Positions 33,828-44,159 of a stretch of 50,692 nucleotides of DNA are shown here, piece by piece. The stretch's first letter is position 1. Each line of letters starts with the position of its first letter. The stretch covers positions 1-50,692 of the forward strand of contig JAISDB010000152.1 of assembly GCA_031265155.1 (NCBI GenBank), in the 5' to 3' direction. This DNA comes from Prevotellaceae bacterium (GTDB lineage Bacteria; Bacteroidota; Bacteroidia; Bacteroidales; UBA932). A program made the position numbers and the translations under genes. The notes below the pieces were generated by a model. The model was not told where the DNA came from, searched no databases, and worked only from the letters and a program-made list of their open reading frames with translations.

Positions 33828-35018
33828 ATGAAACGGAAACAATTAATTTTTGCACTGATCTTTACAGGCATCGCGGCGATTGCCTGCAGCCGAAACGATG
33901 AAAACAAAAACGTGATAACAGGCGCCGAACAAATCGAAAAGTACCTGCCCCTGCTGAGAGGCAAAAAAGCAGGAATGATGGGAAATCAAACATCCGTTGT
34001 CGGCGAAAGACACCTGGTGGACGTCCTGCTCGAAAACGGCGCGGATTTGAAATTCGCCTTTGCACCCGAACACGGATTTCGCGGTAATATTGAGCGCGGC
34101 GAAAAAGTATCTAATGACGTTGATGCTAAAACAGGCTTGCCGGTTCACTCGCTTTACGGAAAAAACGAAAAAGCCGATTCAATAGTAGCATCGGTTGATG
34201 TTATGATTTTTGACTTGCAGGATGTGGGAGCGAGATTTTACACCTATGTTACGTCATTGCACAGAGTTATGCAACTTTGTGCGAATGCTGGAACAGAATT
34301 AATCGTTCTCGACCGTCCAAATCCGAATGGCGATCAGGTTGACGGACCCGTTCGCAAAAGCGATGAGTTCAAATCGGGCGTCAGTTATCACAAAATTGCA
34401 ATGATTCACGGATTGACCATTGGCGAACTTGCGCAAATGATTAACGGCGAAAAATGGCTGGACGACGGCGCACAGTGCAAACTTACCGTAATCCCGGTGA
34501 AAAATTACACGCATAAAACTTTGTACCGGCTTCCTGTCATACCATCTCCAAGCTTGCCGAATTATCTTTCGGTGCGCTTATACACCTCGCTTTGCCTGTT
34601 TGAAGGAACCGACATAAATGTGGGCAGAGGAACTGATTTTCCATTTCAGATGGCTGGTTATCCAAATCCGTTATTTGGCGAATTTTCATTCACGCCCGAA
34701 GCGCGTCCAGGAATGAGCGCTCATGTTGAAAATAAGGGACAGCAGTGTTATGGCGTTGATTTAAGAAATGAAAATCCCGAAACATCAAAATTTACATTAA
34801 AATATATTATTGATTTTTATAAAATATCGCAGCAAATTGAAGGCTTCAATTTCTTTGCGCGTCCCGACTTTTTTAATAAACTCGCTGGAAATGCCAACCT
34901 GCAGGAACAGATAAAAAATGGGTGGAGTGAAGAAGAAATACGCGCTTCGTGGACGGATGAACTTGCGGAGTACAGGGTCATGCGAAAAAAATATCTGCTC
35001 TACGAGGATTTTGAATGA
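33828..35018 (+). CDS. DUF1343 / NamZ-like exo-beta-N-acetylmuramidase lipoprotein
   Basis: The start is taken at MKRKQLIFALIFTGIAAIACS (lipobox). It has GMMGNQTSVVG, FAPEHGFRG and DLQDVGARFYTY motifs of DUF1343. The track start at 33708 lies inside a tandem repeat. Confidence 0.85.
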   Translation: MKRKQLIFALIFTGIAAIACSRNDENKNVITGAEQIEKYLPLLRGKKAGMMGNQTSVVGERHLVDVLLENGADLKFAFAPEHGFRGNIERGEKVSNDVDAKTGLPVHSLYGKNEKADSIVASVDVMIFDLQDVGARFYTYVTSLHRVMQLCANAGTELIVLDRPNPNGDQVDGPVRKSDEFKSGVSYHKIAMIHGLTIGELAQMINGEKWLDDGAQCKLTVIPVKNYTHKTLYRLPVIPSPSLPNYLSVRLYTSLCLFEGTDINVGRGTDFPFQMAGYPNPLFGEFSFTPEARPGMSAHVENKGQQCYGVDLRNENPETSKFTLKYIIDFYKISQQIEGFNFFARPDFFNKLAGNANLQEQIKNGWSEEEIRASWTDELAEYRVMRKKYLLYEDFE

Positions 35019-35035
35019 AATACAAATATTTTTTT

Positions 35036-35043
35036 TAATTTTG
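35036..35043 (+). promoter_or_regulatory. -7 promoter box TAATTTTG upstream of the MFS permease gene
   Basis: It matches TAnnTTTG and lies 31 nt before the ATG at 35074. Confidence 0.35.
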
Positions 35044-35073
35044 CGCTGTAACAATATAGTAAAATAGATTTTT

Positions 35074-36318
35074 ATGAATTTGAAATTAAGACTTACAATT
35101 ACACAGTTCCTCGAGTTTTTTATTTGGGGTTCATGGCTGATATCGTTCGGCAATTTTATGACCGGTTTGCATCTGGGCGAAAACATAGGAACGCTTTTTG
35201 CCACCGCCGGTATTGCTTCATTTATAATGCCGACTATTGTCGGAATAATTGCCGACCGCTGGGTTAATTCGGAAAGACTGCTTGGCATCCTGCATTTGCT
35301 CGGCGCTGTTTGTCTTTTCATGGCGTCAACAGTTGTATCTTCACCCGAAACCGCAGTTGCCGACTGGAATAAACTTTACCTGTACATGTTTTGCAACGCG
35401 CTGGTATTCATGCCCACAATCGGATTGAGCTATTCGGTTTGTTACAGTGTAATGGCTAAAAATAAAATGGATGCCATCAAAGATTTTCCTCCGATTCGCG
35501 TTTGGGGAACGGTAGGTTTTATTATTGCCATGTGGATAGTGAATCTTGCAGGATGGGGAACAAGTTCAAATCAATTATTGCTTGCAAGCTGCTCTGCACT
35601 TGTTCTTGGTCTGTATTCGTTTACGTTACCGCCATCGCCTCCAACAAAAGCGCAGAAAGGCAGTTCTCTTATTTCTACCTTGGGACTGGATGCGCTGGTT
35701 TTATTGAAAGAAAAAAAGATGGCTGTTTTCTTTTTATTTGCCGTTTTGCTGGGCGTCTGTCTGCAGATTACAAACTCGTACGGAAGCTCGTTTTTGAACA
35801 GTTTTTCCATTGATTATCCCGAGTCGTTTGCAGTAAAATACAATAATATCTTTTTGTCGATTTCGCAAATATCCGAAGCGCTGTTTATTTTGGCAATACC
35901 GTTTTTCATGCGTAAGTTCGGAATAAAAATAGTGATGCTAATGAGTTTCGGAGCGTGGATTTTGCGCTTTGGATTGTTTGGAACAGGCGATCCGGGAAGC
36001 GGAATGATTTGGCTGACGCTGTCAATGATCATATACGGTATGGCATTCGACTTCTTTAATATTTCAGGCTCCCTGTTTATTGAACAGGAAGCGCCGGCAA
36101 AATTCAGATCCAGCGCGCAGGGCATGTTGATGATGGTAACAAACGGACTGGGCGCTATTATAGGTAATTACGGAGCGCAGGCAATTATCAATCATTTTAA
36201 GCATAACGGGCAAACAGATTGGGCATCCTGCTGGTTTATATTTGCTGCCTATGCGCTTGTAATAGGAATTTTATTTGCCGTATTCTTTAAATACAGGCAG
36301 GAACCGAAAAAACAATAG
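35074..36318 (+). CDS. MFS transporter of the nucleoside:H+ symporter (NupG/XapB-like) family
   Basis: 414 aa with 12 TM helices. It has the N-terminal LRLTITQFLEFFIWGSW typical of this family. It is adjacent to the NamZ-like gene. Confidence 0.8.
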   Translation: MNLKLRLTITQFLEFFIWGSWLISFGNFMTGLHLGENIGTLFATAGIASFIMPTIVGIIADRWVNSERLLGILHLLGAVCLFMASTVVSSPETAVADWNKLYLYMFCNALVFMPTIGLSYSVCYSVMAKNKMDAIKDFPPIRVWGTVGFIIAMWIVNLAGWGTSSNQLLLASCSALVLGLYSFTLPPSPPTKAQKGSSLISTLGLDALVLLKEKKMAVFFLFAVLLGVCLQITNSYGSSFLNSFSIDYPESFAVKYNNIFLSISQISEALFILAIPFFMRKFGIKIVMLMSFGAWILRFGLFGTGDPGSGMIWLTLSMIIYGMAFDFFNISGSLFIEQEAPAKFRSSAQGMLMMVTNGLGAIIGNYGAQAIINHFKHNGQTDWASCWFIFAAYALVIGILFAVFFKYRQEPKKQ

Positions 36319-36341
36319 TTGTTAAATCATACGGAATAGCG

Positions 36342-36379
36342 ACCGCAAACCTGTTTTAATATTCAGGTTTGCGGTTTTT
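36342..36379 (+). terminator. intrinsic terminator after the MFS permease gene
   Basis: ACCGCAAACCTG-ttttaatatt-CAGGTTTGCGGT followed by TTTT. Confidence 0.7.
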
Positions 36380-36501
36380 ATTTTGATTAAGATTTTAACA
36401 GTTTTATTTGCCTGATTATAAAAGCCTTTATTAAAATATTTGATTTTTTTTGTGTTTTTGATGTAACAAATATCAATTTTATACGTTATTTATTAAAACG
36501 C

Positions 36502-36509
36502 TATGTTTG
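36502..36509 (+). promoter_or_regulatory. -7 promoter box TATGTTTG upstream of the transglutaminase-like gene
   Basis: It matches TAnnTTTG and lies 31 nt before the ATG at 36540. Confidence 0.35.
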
Positions 36510-36539
36510 AAATGTATTATTTGAAAATTTATAAAAAAC

Positions 36540-37751
36540 ATGAAAAAACTTATTATTATTTTGACGCTGTTGGTAAGCAATAGCCTGTTGATGGCGCAAA
36601 CAGACGATTTATCGGTCGAGGCGTTTTCCGCCCGGATGAAAACGATTGAAAAATCTACAGGCGAACAGTTCGGGAATAAGGACTATGCGGCGCTCGAAAA
36701 AACATTGATGGAATCTGTGGAGCTTTTTTCGCAGCTGTCAAAAGAAAATCAGAAACGCTTTAAACAGGTGCAGTCCGATTTTAATTATTACAACCTTGCC
36801 TGTCTCTATTCTTTGCAGAACAGAAAAAAAGAAGCTGTAGCCGCTTTCGAGAAATGCGTTACGGAGTGGGGTTTTACCAACTATACGCACGCAAAAGCGG
36901 ATACGGATCTGGATAATATCCGCAACGATAAACGCTTTATTGCGTTGATGCAAACCATACGGGAAAAAGGCGACTATTTATATATTCTCAGACAGGCAGG
37001 AAAATATGAAGCAGCTGACGCCGCAGGATTGCCGCGCTTTACATACGAAGATGCCAACAGCGGCGTTTTAAAGAATGTAAAGGAATATTTTAATCTTGAC
37101 TCGGTGGCGGGACAGGGCGATGAAATTTCAAAGATAATGAATTTAATGACCTGGGTTCACAATGCCATACGGCACGACGGAAACAATTACGCCCTGTGCG
37201 AGTTTGACGCTATTGATTTTTACAATTACCACAAGGCAACCGGCAAAGGCGTCAATTGTCGAGGTCTGGCGATTATGCTCAATGAATGTTACCTTGCTAT
37301 GGGTTTCAAATCGCGTTACATAACTTGCTTGCCCAAAGATAAGAATGACCCGGACTGTCACGTTATAAATTGCGTTTATTCCGAAACACTGCAAAAATGG
37401 CTGTGGATGGATCCATCGTTTAATGCATACGTGAAAGATGAAAACGGCAATTTTTTGAGCATAGCGGAAGTGCGTGAACGGTTGATAAACGACAAGCCGC
37501 TTTTCCTCAATCATGATGCCAACTGGAACAACGAAAGACAGGAGACAAAAGAAAATTATCTTGATTCGTACATGGCAAAAAATCTTTACCGGCTGCAATG
37601 TCCAGCTGCCAGCAGTTTCAACCCAGAAAGCCGGTATCGCGGCAGCAATCAAACGTACATCTCATTATATCCTGTGGATTATGAAGATTCAACGACAAAT
37701 CCAAGTGAAGTCATTGTACACGACCCCGAATATTTTTGGCAAAAACCATAA
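36540..37751 (+). CDS. secreted TPR plus transglutaminase-like cysteine peptidase-fold protein
   Basis: 403 aa with a signal peptide. The candidate Cys-His-Asp triad is GVNCRGLAIML, DCHVINCVY and WMDPS, as in the transglutaminase-core fold. Confidence 0.65.
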   Translation: MKKLIIILTLLVSNSLLMAQTDDLSVEAFSARMKTIEKSTGEQFGNKDYAALEKTLMESVELFSQLSKENQKRFKQVQSDFNYYNLACLYSLQNRKKEAVAAFEKCVTEWGFTNYTHAKADTDLDNIRNDKRFIALMQTIREKGDYLYILRQAGKYEAADAAGLPRFTYEDANSGVLKNVKEYFNLDSVAGQGDEISKIMNLMTWVHNAIRHDGNNYALCEFDAIDFYNYHKATGKGVNCRGLAIMLNECYLAMGFKSRYITCLPKDKNDPDCHVINCVYSETLQKWLWMDPSFNAYVKDENGNFLSIAEVRERLINDKPLFLNHDANWNNERQETKENYLDSYMAKNLYRLQCPAASSFNPESRYRGSNQTYISLYPVDYEDSTTNPSEVIVHDPEYFWQKP

Positions 37752-37843
37752 CTGAATTGAATCTTGTACTTGATTATTAATTCATTAATGTTATTTAACA
37801 AAAATATTTATACCTTGCAATGCAAAGTATCAAGATAATGTAT

Positions 37844-37851
37844 TACTTTTG
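37844..37851 (+). promoter_or_regulatory. -7 promoter box TACTTTTG upstream of the ABC efflux operon
   Basis: It matches TAnnTTTG and lies 87 nt before the ATG at 37938. Confidence 0.3.
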
Positions 37852-37937
37852 CCGAAAATATAAAAAAGATATATTAAAATTGTTAAAAACAGGTTTATTC
37901 AATCAAATATTATTTATGAAATTAAAATTATACCGGA

Positions 37938-38660
37938 ATGCCAACAATAATAAAGCTTAAAAATATAAATAAAACATATTATAGCGGAGCGCCGTTGCAC
38001 GTTCTCAAGGGAATTGACCTGGAAATTGACAGAGGAGAACTGGTTTCCATAATGGGAGCTTCGGGTTCGGGAAAATCAACATTATTGAATATTCTTGGTA
38101 TTCTTGATAATTATGATACAGGCGAATATCATTTGAATGATGTACTGATAAAAAATTTAAGCGAAACCAGAGCCGCTTATTTTCGTAACAAGCTCATAGG
38201 ATTTATCTTTCAGTCGTTCAATTTGATTTCGTTCAAAAATGCAATGGAAAATGTTGCGCTTCCGCTGTATTATCAAAAAACCGGACGAAAAACGCGCAAC
38301 AAAATGGCTTTGGAATATTTGGACAGGTTAGGCTTGAAAGAATGGGCGTATCACATGCCCAACGAACTTTCGGGCGGACAAAAGCAGCGCGTGGCAATTG
38401 CCCGGGCGTTGATTTCAAAACCGCAAATCATTCTTGCCGATGAGCCTACCGGAGCGTTAGACAGCAAAACATCTGCCGAAGTGCTTGATGTTCTTAAAAA
38501 GGTAAATGCAACAGGCATGACCATGATCATTGTAACGCACGAATCGGGAATAGCAAATCAAACCAACAAAATTATACGTTTGAAGGACGGAGTTATCGAA
38601 AAGATAGAAGATAATTCGGAACACAGTTTTTCTCATTTCGACATTCAAAACATCAAATAA
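37938..38660 (+). CDS. ABC transporter ATP-binding protein (MacB/LolD-like)
   Basis: It has Walker [10 protein letters not shown], the signature [15 protein letters not shown] and Walker B ILADEPT. Confidence 0.92.
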   Translation: MPTIIKLKNINKTYYSGAPLHVLKGIDLEIDRGELVSIMGASGSGKSTLLNILGILDNYDTGEYHLNDVLIKNLSETRAAYFRNKLIGFIFQSFNLISFKNAMENVALPLYYQKTGRKTRNKMALEYLDRLGLKEWAYHMPNELSGGQKQRVAIARALISKPQIILADEPTGALDSKTSAEVLDVLKKVNATGMTMIIVTHESGIANQTNKIIRLKDGVIEKIEDNSEHSFSHFDIQNIK

Positions 38661-38670
38661 ATGCATATTT

Positions 38671-39930
38671 ATGGTTAGCCTTTTATACGAAATATGGAAT
38701 ACCATTCGTCAAAATAAGATGAGAACCTTTCTCACCGGATTTGCCGTTGCGTGGGGAATTTTCATGCTTATTGTTCTGCTCGGTTCGGGCAACGGGCTTA
38801 AGCACGGCTTTGCTGCAAACTGGGGCGACAGGATGGTAAATGTTGTGCAGATTTGGGGCGGGCGAACGAACATTCCTTATGCCGGATTTCAGTCGGGACG
38901 ATGGATAGGACTTGATGACAACGACCTTCGGTTTACTTCACAGGAGTTTCCCGATGAAATAAACGCCACAATGGGAAATATTAATCTGGGTTCGAAGAAT
39001 ATAAGTTACGGAACGGAATATCTCTCATCGGGTTTGCGAGGCGTAGAACCCGATATTATGCCGGTTGAAGGCTTTAAAATAGCGCAGGGCAACGGTCGTT
39101 TCATAAACGGTTTGGATATTCGCGAAAAGCGAAAAGTCATAGTAATATCACAGCGTGCGAGAGAAATTCTTTTTAAAGGTAAGGATGAAGAGGCAATAGG
39201 CAAAAACGTAAATGTGGCGGGTACGATGTACACGGTTGTCGGTATTTATTACATGGAAGACCGACAGGATATTACCAATTCGTTTATTCCTTTATCTACG
39301 GCAAAAATGGTTTACGGAAGAGGAATCAATCTTTCAAATCTTGCGTTTACCTTATCCGACAAGATTACCGACGAGAAAACGAACACCGATTTTATGAACC
39401 GATACAAAAAACGCTTTGCGGAGGAGCATCAAATTTCGCCCGAAGACGACAATGCAATATGGTACTGGAATCGTTTCGGCAATTATGTACAGATTACAAG
39501 CGTGTCGGGTTTTATAGATATTGCCGTTTGGATAATCGGGATTTTCACACTGCTTTCCGGAATTGTCGGCGTAAGCAACATTATGCTTATAACCGTTCGG
39601 GAGCGCACGCGGGAGTTTGGAATCCGCAAATCGATGGGAGCATCGCCAATGAGCATTTTGAAGCTTGTGGTGCTGGAATCAATAATTATTACAACGATTT
39701 TCGGATATATCGGACTTGTGTGCGGCGTTGGAATAACCGAGTTTGCGGCGCAGTTTTTCGAGCCGACATCGGGACGCGATTCGTTTAACGCCTTTTTAAA
39801 TCCCACCGTTGATATTGGCGTTGCAGTACAGGCAACGGCGCTGCTGATAATGGCAGGAACGCTTGCAGGACTGTTCCCTGCGCTGAAGGCAGTAAAAATA
39901 AAAACAATTGAAGCAATAAACGATAAATAA
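38671..39930 (+). CDS. ABC transporter permease (MacB periplasmic domain plus FtsX)
   Basis: 419 aa. It has an N-terminal TM, a large periplasmic domain and a C-terminal FtsX-like 3-TM bundle with the VRERTREFGIRKSMGA motif. Confidence 0.88.
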   Translation: MVSLLYEIWNTIRQNKMRTFLTGFAVAWGIFMLIVLLGSGNGLKHGFAANWGDRMVNVVQIWGGRTNIPYAGFQSGRWIGLDDNDLRFTSQEFPDEINATMGNINLGSKNISYGTEYLSSGLRGVEPDIMPVEGFKIAQGNGRFINGLDIREKRKVIVISQRAREILFKGKDEEAIGKNVNVAGTMYTVVGIYYMEDRQDITNSFIPLSTAKMVYGRGINLSNLAFTLSDKITDEKTNTDFMNRYKKRFAEEHQISPEDDNAIWYWNRFGNYVQITSVSGFIDIAVWIIGIFTLLSGIVGVSNIMLITVRERTREFGIRKSMGASPMSILKLVVLESIIITTIFGYIGLVCGVGITEFAAQFFEPTSGRDSFNAFLNPTVDIGVAVQATALLIMAGTLAGLFPALKAVKIKTIEAINDK

Positions 39931-39932
39931 TT

Positions 39933-41183
39933 ATGTTTGATTTAGACCGCTGGAACGAAATATTTATAACCATAAGCCGCAACAAAATACGCAGCATACT
40001 CACCGCTTTCGGCGTGTTTTGGGGAATATTCATGCTTGTGGCTTTGCTTGGCGGAGGCAATGGCTTAGGCTCGCTGATAACAGGACAAATGAGCGACATT
40101 GCAAGCAACTCGTGCGTAATGTGGAGTAGTCGTACAAGCGAAGCGTACAAGGGCTTTCGCAAAGGGCGATGGTGGCAGATAAACAATCGCGATATTGAAA
40201 TAATAAAAGCAAAGGTAAAAGGGCTTGATGAAATTTCACCTCTGATTACTCCCTGGACGCCGACAAGCGATAATGCTGTACGCGGCGACAGGAAAGGAAC
40301 ATTTTCGGTGCAGGGAACTTATGCAAACTTCAATAAGATAGACAAGCATACTATGCAATACGGGCGTTACCTGAACGACCTGGATGTTATGGACGAGCGC
40401 AAGGTTTGCATAATAGGTCAGCGCGTTTACGAAGCCCTGTTTAATCGCGGCGAAGATCCGATTGGCAAGGATATCCGAGTGGATGGAGTTTATTATAAGG
40501 TAATAGGCGTCGGAAGAGGCAGCGACAATTTAAATTTCAGCGGCGATAAGGATGAAATGATTACTGTTCCCTTTACGATAATGCAAAAACTGTATAATTA
40601 CGGCGATAATGTAGATAATGTTTTTGCGCTTGCAAAACCCGGGGTGGCTGTAAGCGAAATGCAGGAAGAAATGGAAGCAATCCTCAAAAACAATCACAGC
40701 ATTGCTCCTCACGACAGGCAGGCTATAAATTCGTTCAATATCGAAAACATGTTAAAACAGGTTACCGGTTTAATATTGGGAGTAAATGTTCTTGCATTTA
40801 TTGTCGGCATGGGAACCCTGCTTGCGGGAATTATCGGCGTAAGCAACATAATGATGGTAACAGTTCGCGAACGCACGCAGGAAATAGGAATACGCCGTGC
40901 GCTCGGCGCAAAGCCATCAACAATTATGACTCAGATAATGAGCGAAAGCTTTACGCTTACGGCAATAGCGGGATTTTTGGGAATTTCGTTTGCAGTGTTG
41001 ATACTGCAACTGGTTGACGTCGGTTTGGCTGCCGGCAGTGAGGGAACGGCAGTTTTTCAAATCAGCTTTTTCACAGCCGTTGTTGCAGGGCTTATAATAA
41101 TAATCTTAGGCACGCTTGCAGGCTTGGGACCTGCTTTTCGGGCAATGAAAATAAAACCGATAGAAGCGCTGTCGGAAGAATAA
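39933..41183 (+). CDS. ABC transporter permease (MacB periplasmic domain plus FtsX), paralog
   Basis: 416 aa with the same architecture and the VRERTQEIGIRRALGA motif. It starts 2 nt after the previous gene. Confidence 0.88.
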   Translation: MFDLDRWNEIFITISRNKIRSILTAFGVFWGIFMLVALLGGGNGLGSLITGQMSDIASNSCVMWSSRTSEAYKGFRKGRWWQINNRDIEIIKAKVKGLDEISPLITPWTPTSDNAVRGDRKGTFSVQGTYANFNKIDKHTMQYGRYLNDLDVMDERKVCIIGQRVYEALFNRGEDPIGKDIRVDGVYYKVIGVGRGSDNLNFSGDKDEMITVPFTIMQKLYNYGDNVDNVFALAKPGVAVSEMQEEMEAILKNNHSIAPHDRQAINSFNIENMLKQVTGLILGVNVLAFIVGMGTLLAGIIGVSNIMMVTVRERTQEIGIRRALGAKPSTIMTQIMSESFTLTAIAGFLGISFAVLILQLVDVGLAAGSEGTAVFQISFFTAVVAGLIIIILGTLAGLGPAFRAMKIKPIEALSEE

Positions 41184-41239
41184 TTTGTAGATGAAAAGTA
41201 AAAATAATCATAAAATATAAAAATATTAATATTACAGAA

Positions 41240-42346
41240 ATGAAAAAAATACTAAAATTTATCTTTATCGGAATCCTTGTTTTTCTTGTAGGATGGACAT
41301 TCTATTTTCTTTATTCAAAATCGAAACCTAAAGAAACCGTTTACGAAATTGTTGCACCTGAAAGGCAGTCAATCAGGAAAAGCACTGTTATTACGGGCAA
41401 AATCTCGCCGCGAGATGAAATTTTAATCAAACCGCAAATATCGGGCATCGTGTCGGACGTCTATAAGGAAGCCGGACAAAAAGTATTGGCAGGCGAAGTA
41501 ATAGCAAAGGTAAAAGTTATACCGGATGTAGGTTCGCTTAATACCGCCGAATCGCGATTGCGTACAGCCGAAATAGACCTTACACAGGCAAATCAGGAAT
41601 TTGAACGGCAGAAAAAGCTGTTTGAAAAGGGAATAGTAACCAGGGAAGAATACGAAAAAGCGGAAACAGCCTACAAAACAGCAAAGGAAAATCATGAAAC
41701 ATCCGAAGACGCCCTGCAAATCATAAAGGAAGGAATTTCGGCGCGTACGGCGCAATACAGCAGCACGCTCATACGTTCAACCATAAGCGGACTGGTGCTG
41801 GATGTTCCCGTAAAAGTCGGAAATTCGGTAATACAGTCCAACACTTTCAACGATGGCACTACAATTGCCGCTGTTGCAAACATGAACGATATGATTTTTA
41901 TCGGCAACGTTGACGAAACGGAAGTCGGACGCATAAGGGAAGGAATGTCAATGATGCTTACGGTCGGCGCGTTGCAGGATGTGAAACTGGATGCGATTCT
42001 CGAATATATTTCTCCTAAAGGAGTAGAATCGACAGGCGGAGCAAATCAGTTTGAAATAAAAGCTGCAGCCAGGATGAAAGAGGATGTTTTTATTCGTGCA
42101 GGATACAGCGCAAATGCCGAAATAATTTTGGCATCGGCAGACAGCGTGCTTGCAATTCCCGAAACTGCGATTGAATTTAAGCAGGACTCGGCATTTGTTT
42201 ACATTGTGAAAGCCGAAAAGCCAAAACAGGATTTTGAGAAGCGTTTTGTTGAAGTCGGCTTGTCGGATGGCGTGAATATTGAAGTTAAAAGCGGATTGAC
42301 GGCAGACGATAAAATTCGCGGAAGCGCTGTTGCAAATAAAAAGTAA
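41240..42346 (+). CDS. efflux transporter periplasmic adaptor (HlyD/MacA family)
   Basis: 368 aa. It has an N-terminal TM, a lipoyl-like ISGIVSDVYKEAGQKV segment, a coiled-coil hairpin and a beta-barrel domain. Confidence 0.88.
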   Translation: MKKILKFIFIGILVFLVGWTFYFLYSKSKPKETVYEIVAPERQSIRKSTVITGKISPRDEILIKPQISGIVSDVYKEAGQKVLAGEVIAKVKVIPDVGSLNTAESRLRTAEIDLTQANQEFERQKKLFEKGIVTREEYEKAETAYKTAKENHETSEDALQIIKEGISARTAQYSSTLIRSTISGLVLDVPVKVGNSVIQSNTFNDGTTIAAVANMNDMIFIGNVDETEVGRIREGMSMMLTVGALQDVKLDAILEYISPKGVESTGGANQFEIKAAARMKEDVFIRAGYSANAEIILASADSVLAIPETAIEFKQDSAFVYIVKAEKPKQDFEKRFVEVGLSDGVNIEVKSGLTADDKIRGSAVANKK

Positions 42347-42382
42347 AATGCCTTCGGTATGAATTGTATATGCCTTTTAATT

Positions 42383-42448
42383 AAAACGTCGAAACCTTTC
42401 AGGCAAAACGTCGAAACCTTTTGGATAAAACGTCGAAACCTTTTGGGT
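42383..42448. repeat. tandem repeat, 3 x 22 bp
   Basis: aaaacgtcgaaacctttcaggc / aaaacgtcgaaaccttttggat / aaaacgtcgaaaccttttgggt, between the adaptor and TolC genes. Confidence 0.88.
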
Positions 42449-42523
42449 AGGTCGCACGGAAATTTAATAGAGTTTATATTTAATAAAGCATTATATGCGT
42501 CAACTCCAATAGATTATTCTGCC

Positions 42524-42607
42524 GTCATTGAGAGGAGTGTAACGACGAAGCAATCTGTACAAGAACATGACTATTGGATTGCTTCACCGCAAGCGGTTCG
42601 CAATGAC
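42524..42607. repeat. REP-like hairpin element, copy 3
   Basis: GTCATTGAGAGGAGTGTAACGACGAAGCAATC ... GGATTGCTTCACCGCAAGCGGTTCGCAATGAC. Confidence 0.7.
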
Positions 42608-42713
42608 GTTTCAATAAATTGATGAATTTAAAGCATGTAATAATCTGTTCTATATAATATTTAATATAAATCGAATATAATTTGAAGATTAACATACAGG
42701 TAACAATAAAAAA

Positions 42714-44033
42714 ATGAATATGAAAATAAAAGTATTAATCATACTGTTCGCCTTTGCGTGTTCAACTGCAAGCGCCCAGAAACAGTGGACTTTGCAGGAA
42801 TGCATAAGACATGCGAAAGAAAACAGCATTACGGTGAAAATGCAACACATTTCACAGCAAAATCAGGAAATAAGATTGAATACCGCAAAAAACCGGCGAT
42901 TGCCGGATCTTTCGGCAAGCACAGACCAGAGATTTTCGTTCGGACGCAGCGCATCGCTTATTGATAATTCTTACCAGAATCAAAACTCAAGCTCAACATA
43001 TTTTTCGCTTTCGACCTCCGTTCCGCTGTTTACGGGATTTCAGATTCCCAATAATATTGCAGCAGCCCGACTCGATTTGCAGGCGGCAATAGCCGATTTT
43101 GAAACGGCAAAAGAAGATATTGAACTTGCTGTAATTTCGGCATATTTACAAATTCTGTACAATAAGGAACTGCTCGAAATAGCCAGAAATCAGAAAACAC
43201 TGAGCGCTCAGCAGCTGGAAAGAATTGAAGAAATGTATAAACTGGGAAAGGAATCGGAAGCGCAGGTATATGAGGTGAAATCGCAAACGGCAAACGATGA
43301 GCTTGCTATCGTTCAGGCAAAAAACGACTTGCAGCTATCAATTCTTAATCTTACCCAGTTGCTTGAACTTCCATCTCCCGAAAATTTTGATGTCGAAACG
43401 CCGAGTGTAAATACTGATTTTATTTTGCCTTCAAATCCCGAACAGACTTATGAAAATGCACTGACAACACGGGCTGCAATCAGAGCCGGTGAATACCGTT
43501 TGGCAAGCAGTGAAAAAGCCGTAAAGGTAGCAAGAAGCGCATATTTTCCGCAATTGTCGTTTGGCGCGGGCTACAGCAACAATTACTACAAGATCAACGG
43601 TTCCGATAATTCATCGTTTTCACGGCAGTTGAAAAACAACGAAAGTAAATATATAGGCTTTTCGTTGAATATTCCGGTTTTCAACCGGTTTGAAACGCGA
43701 AACAATATTCGAGCGGCAAAATTAAGCGTAAAAAATCAGGAACTGCAACTCGAAAATACGAAAAAAAGTCTTTACAAGGATATTCAGCAGGCATACTACA
43801 ATGCAACAGGAGCGAAGGAAAAATACACATCATCGGAAATCGCTCTGGAATCGGCGAAAAAAGCATACGAATTTGCTGAGGAAAAATTTGAAAACGGACG
43901 TTCCACAACTTACGAGTATAATGACGCGCGCAATAACCTGATGAAAGCTTCGGCAAATTTGTCGCAGGCAAAGTATGACTACATCTTCCGTAAAAAGATT
44001 TTGGACTTTTATAACGGCTTGCGCGAAGAATAA
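42714..44033 (+). CDS. TolC family outer-membrane efflux protein
   Basis: 439 aa. It has a signal peptide, a duplicated TolC repeat structure and the LTLQECIRHAKENS start typical of Bacteroidota OMFs. Confidence 0.88.
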   Translation: MNMKIKVLIILFAFACSTASAQKQWTLQECIRHAKENSITVKMQHISQQNQEIRLNTAKNRRLPDLSASTDQRFSFGRSASLIDNSYQNQNSSSTYFSLSTSVPLFTGFQIPNNIAAARLDLQAAIADFETAKEDIELAVISAYLQILYNKELLEIARNQKTLSAQQLERIEEMYKLGKESEAQVYEVKSQTANDELAIVQAKNDLQLSILNLTQLLELPSPENFDVETPSVNTDFILPSNPEQTYENALTTRAAIRAGEYRLASSEKAVKVARSAYFPQLSFGAGYSNNYYKINGSDNSSFSRQLKNNESKYIGFSLNIPVFNRFETRNNIRAAKLSVKNQELQLENTKKSLYKDIQQAYYNATGAKEKYTSSEIALESAKKAYEFAEEKFENGRSTTYEYNDARNNLMKASANLSQAKYDYIFRKKILDFYNGLREE

Positions 44034-44159
44034 GCAGCAGGATAAATCACTGTTCGCAGTTTTTCACTGTCAACCGCCTACAGCGTTTACGCAATGATGA
44101 TTATGCTGCTGAGCATACAGCGGAATATTGATTTTCAAAATTTTAACAGATAAAATAAA

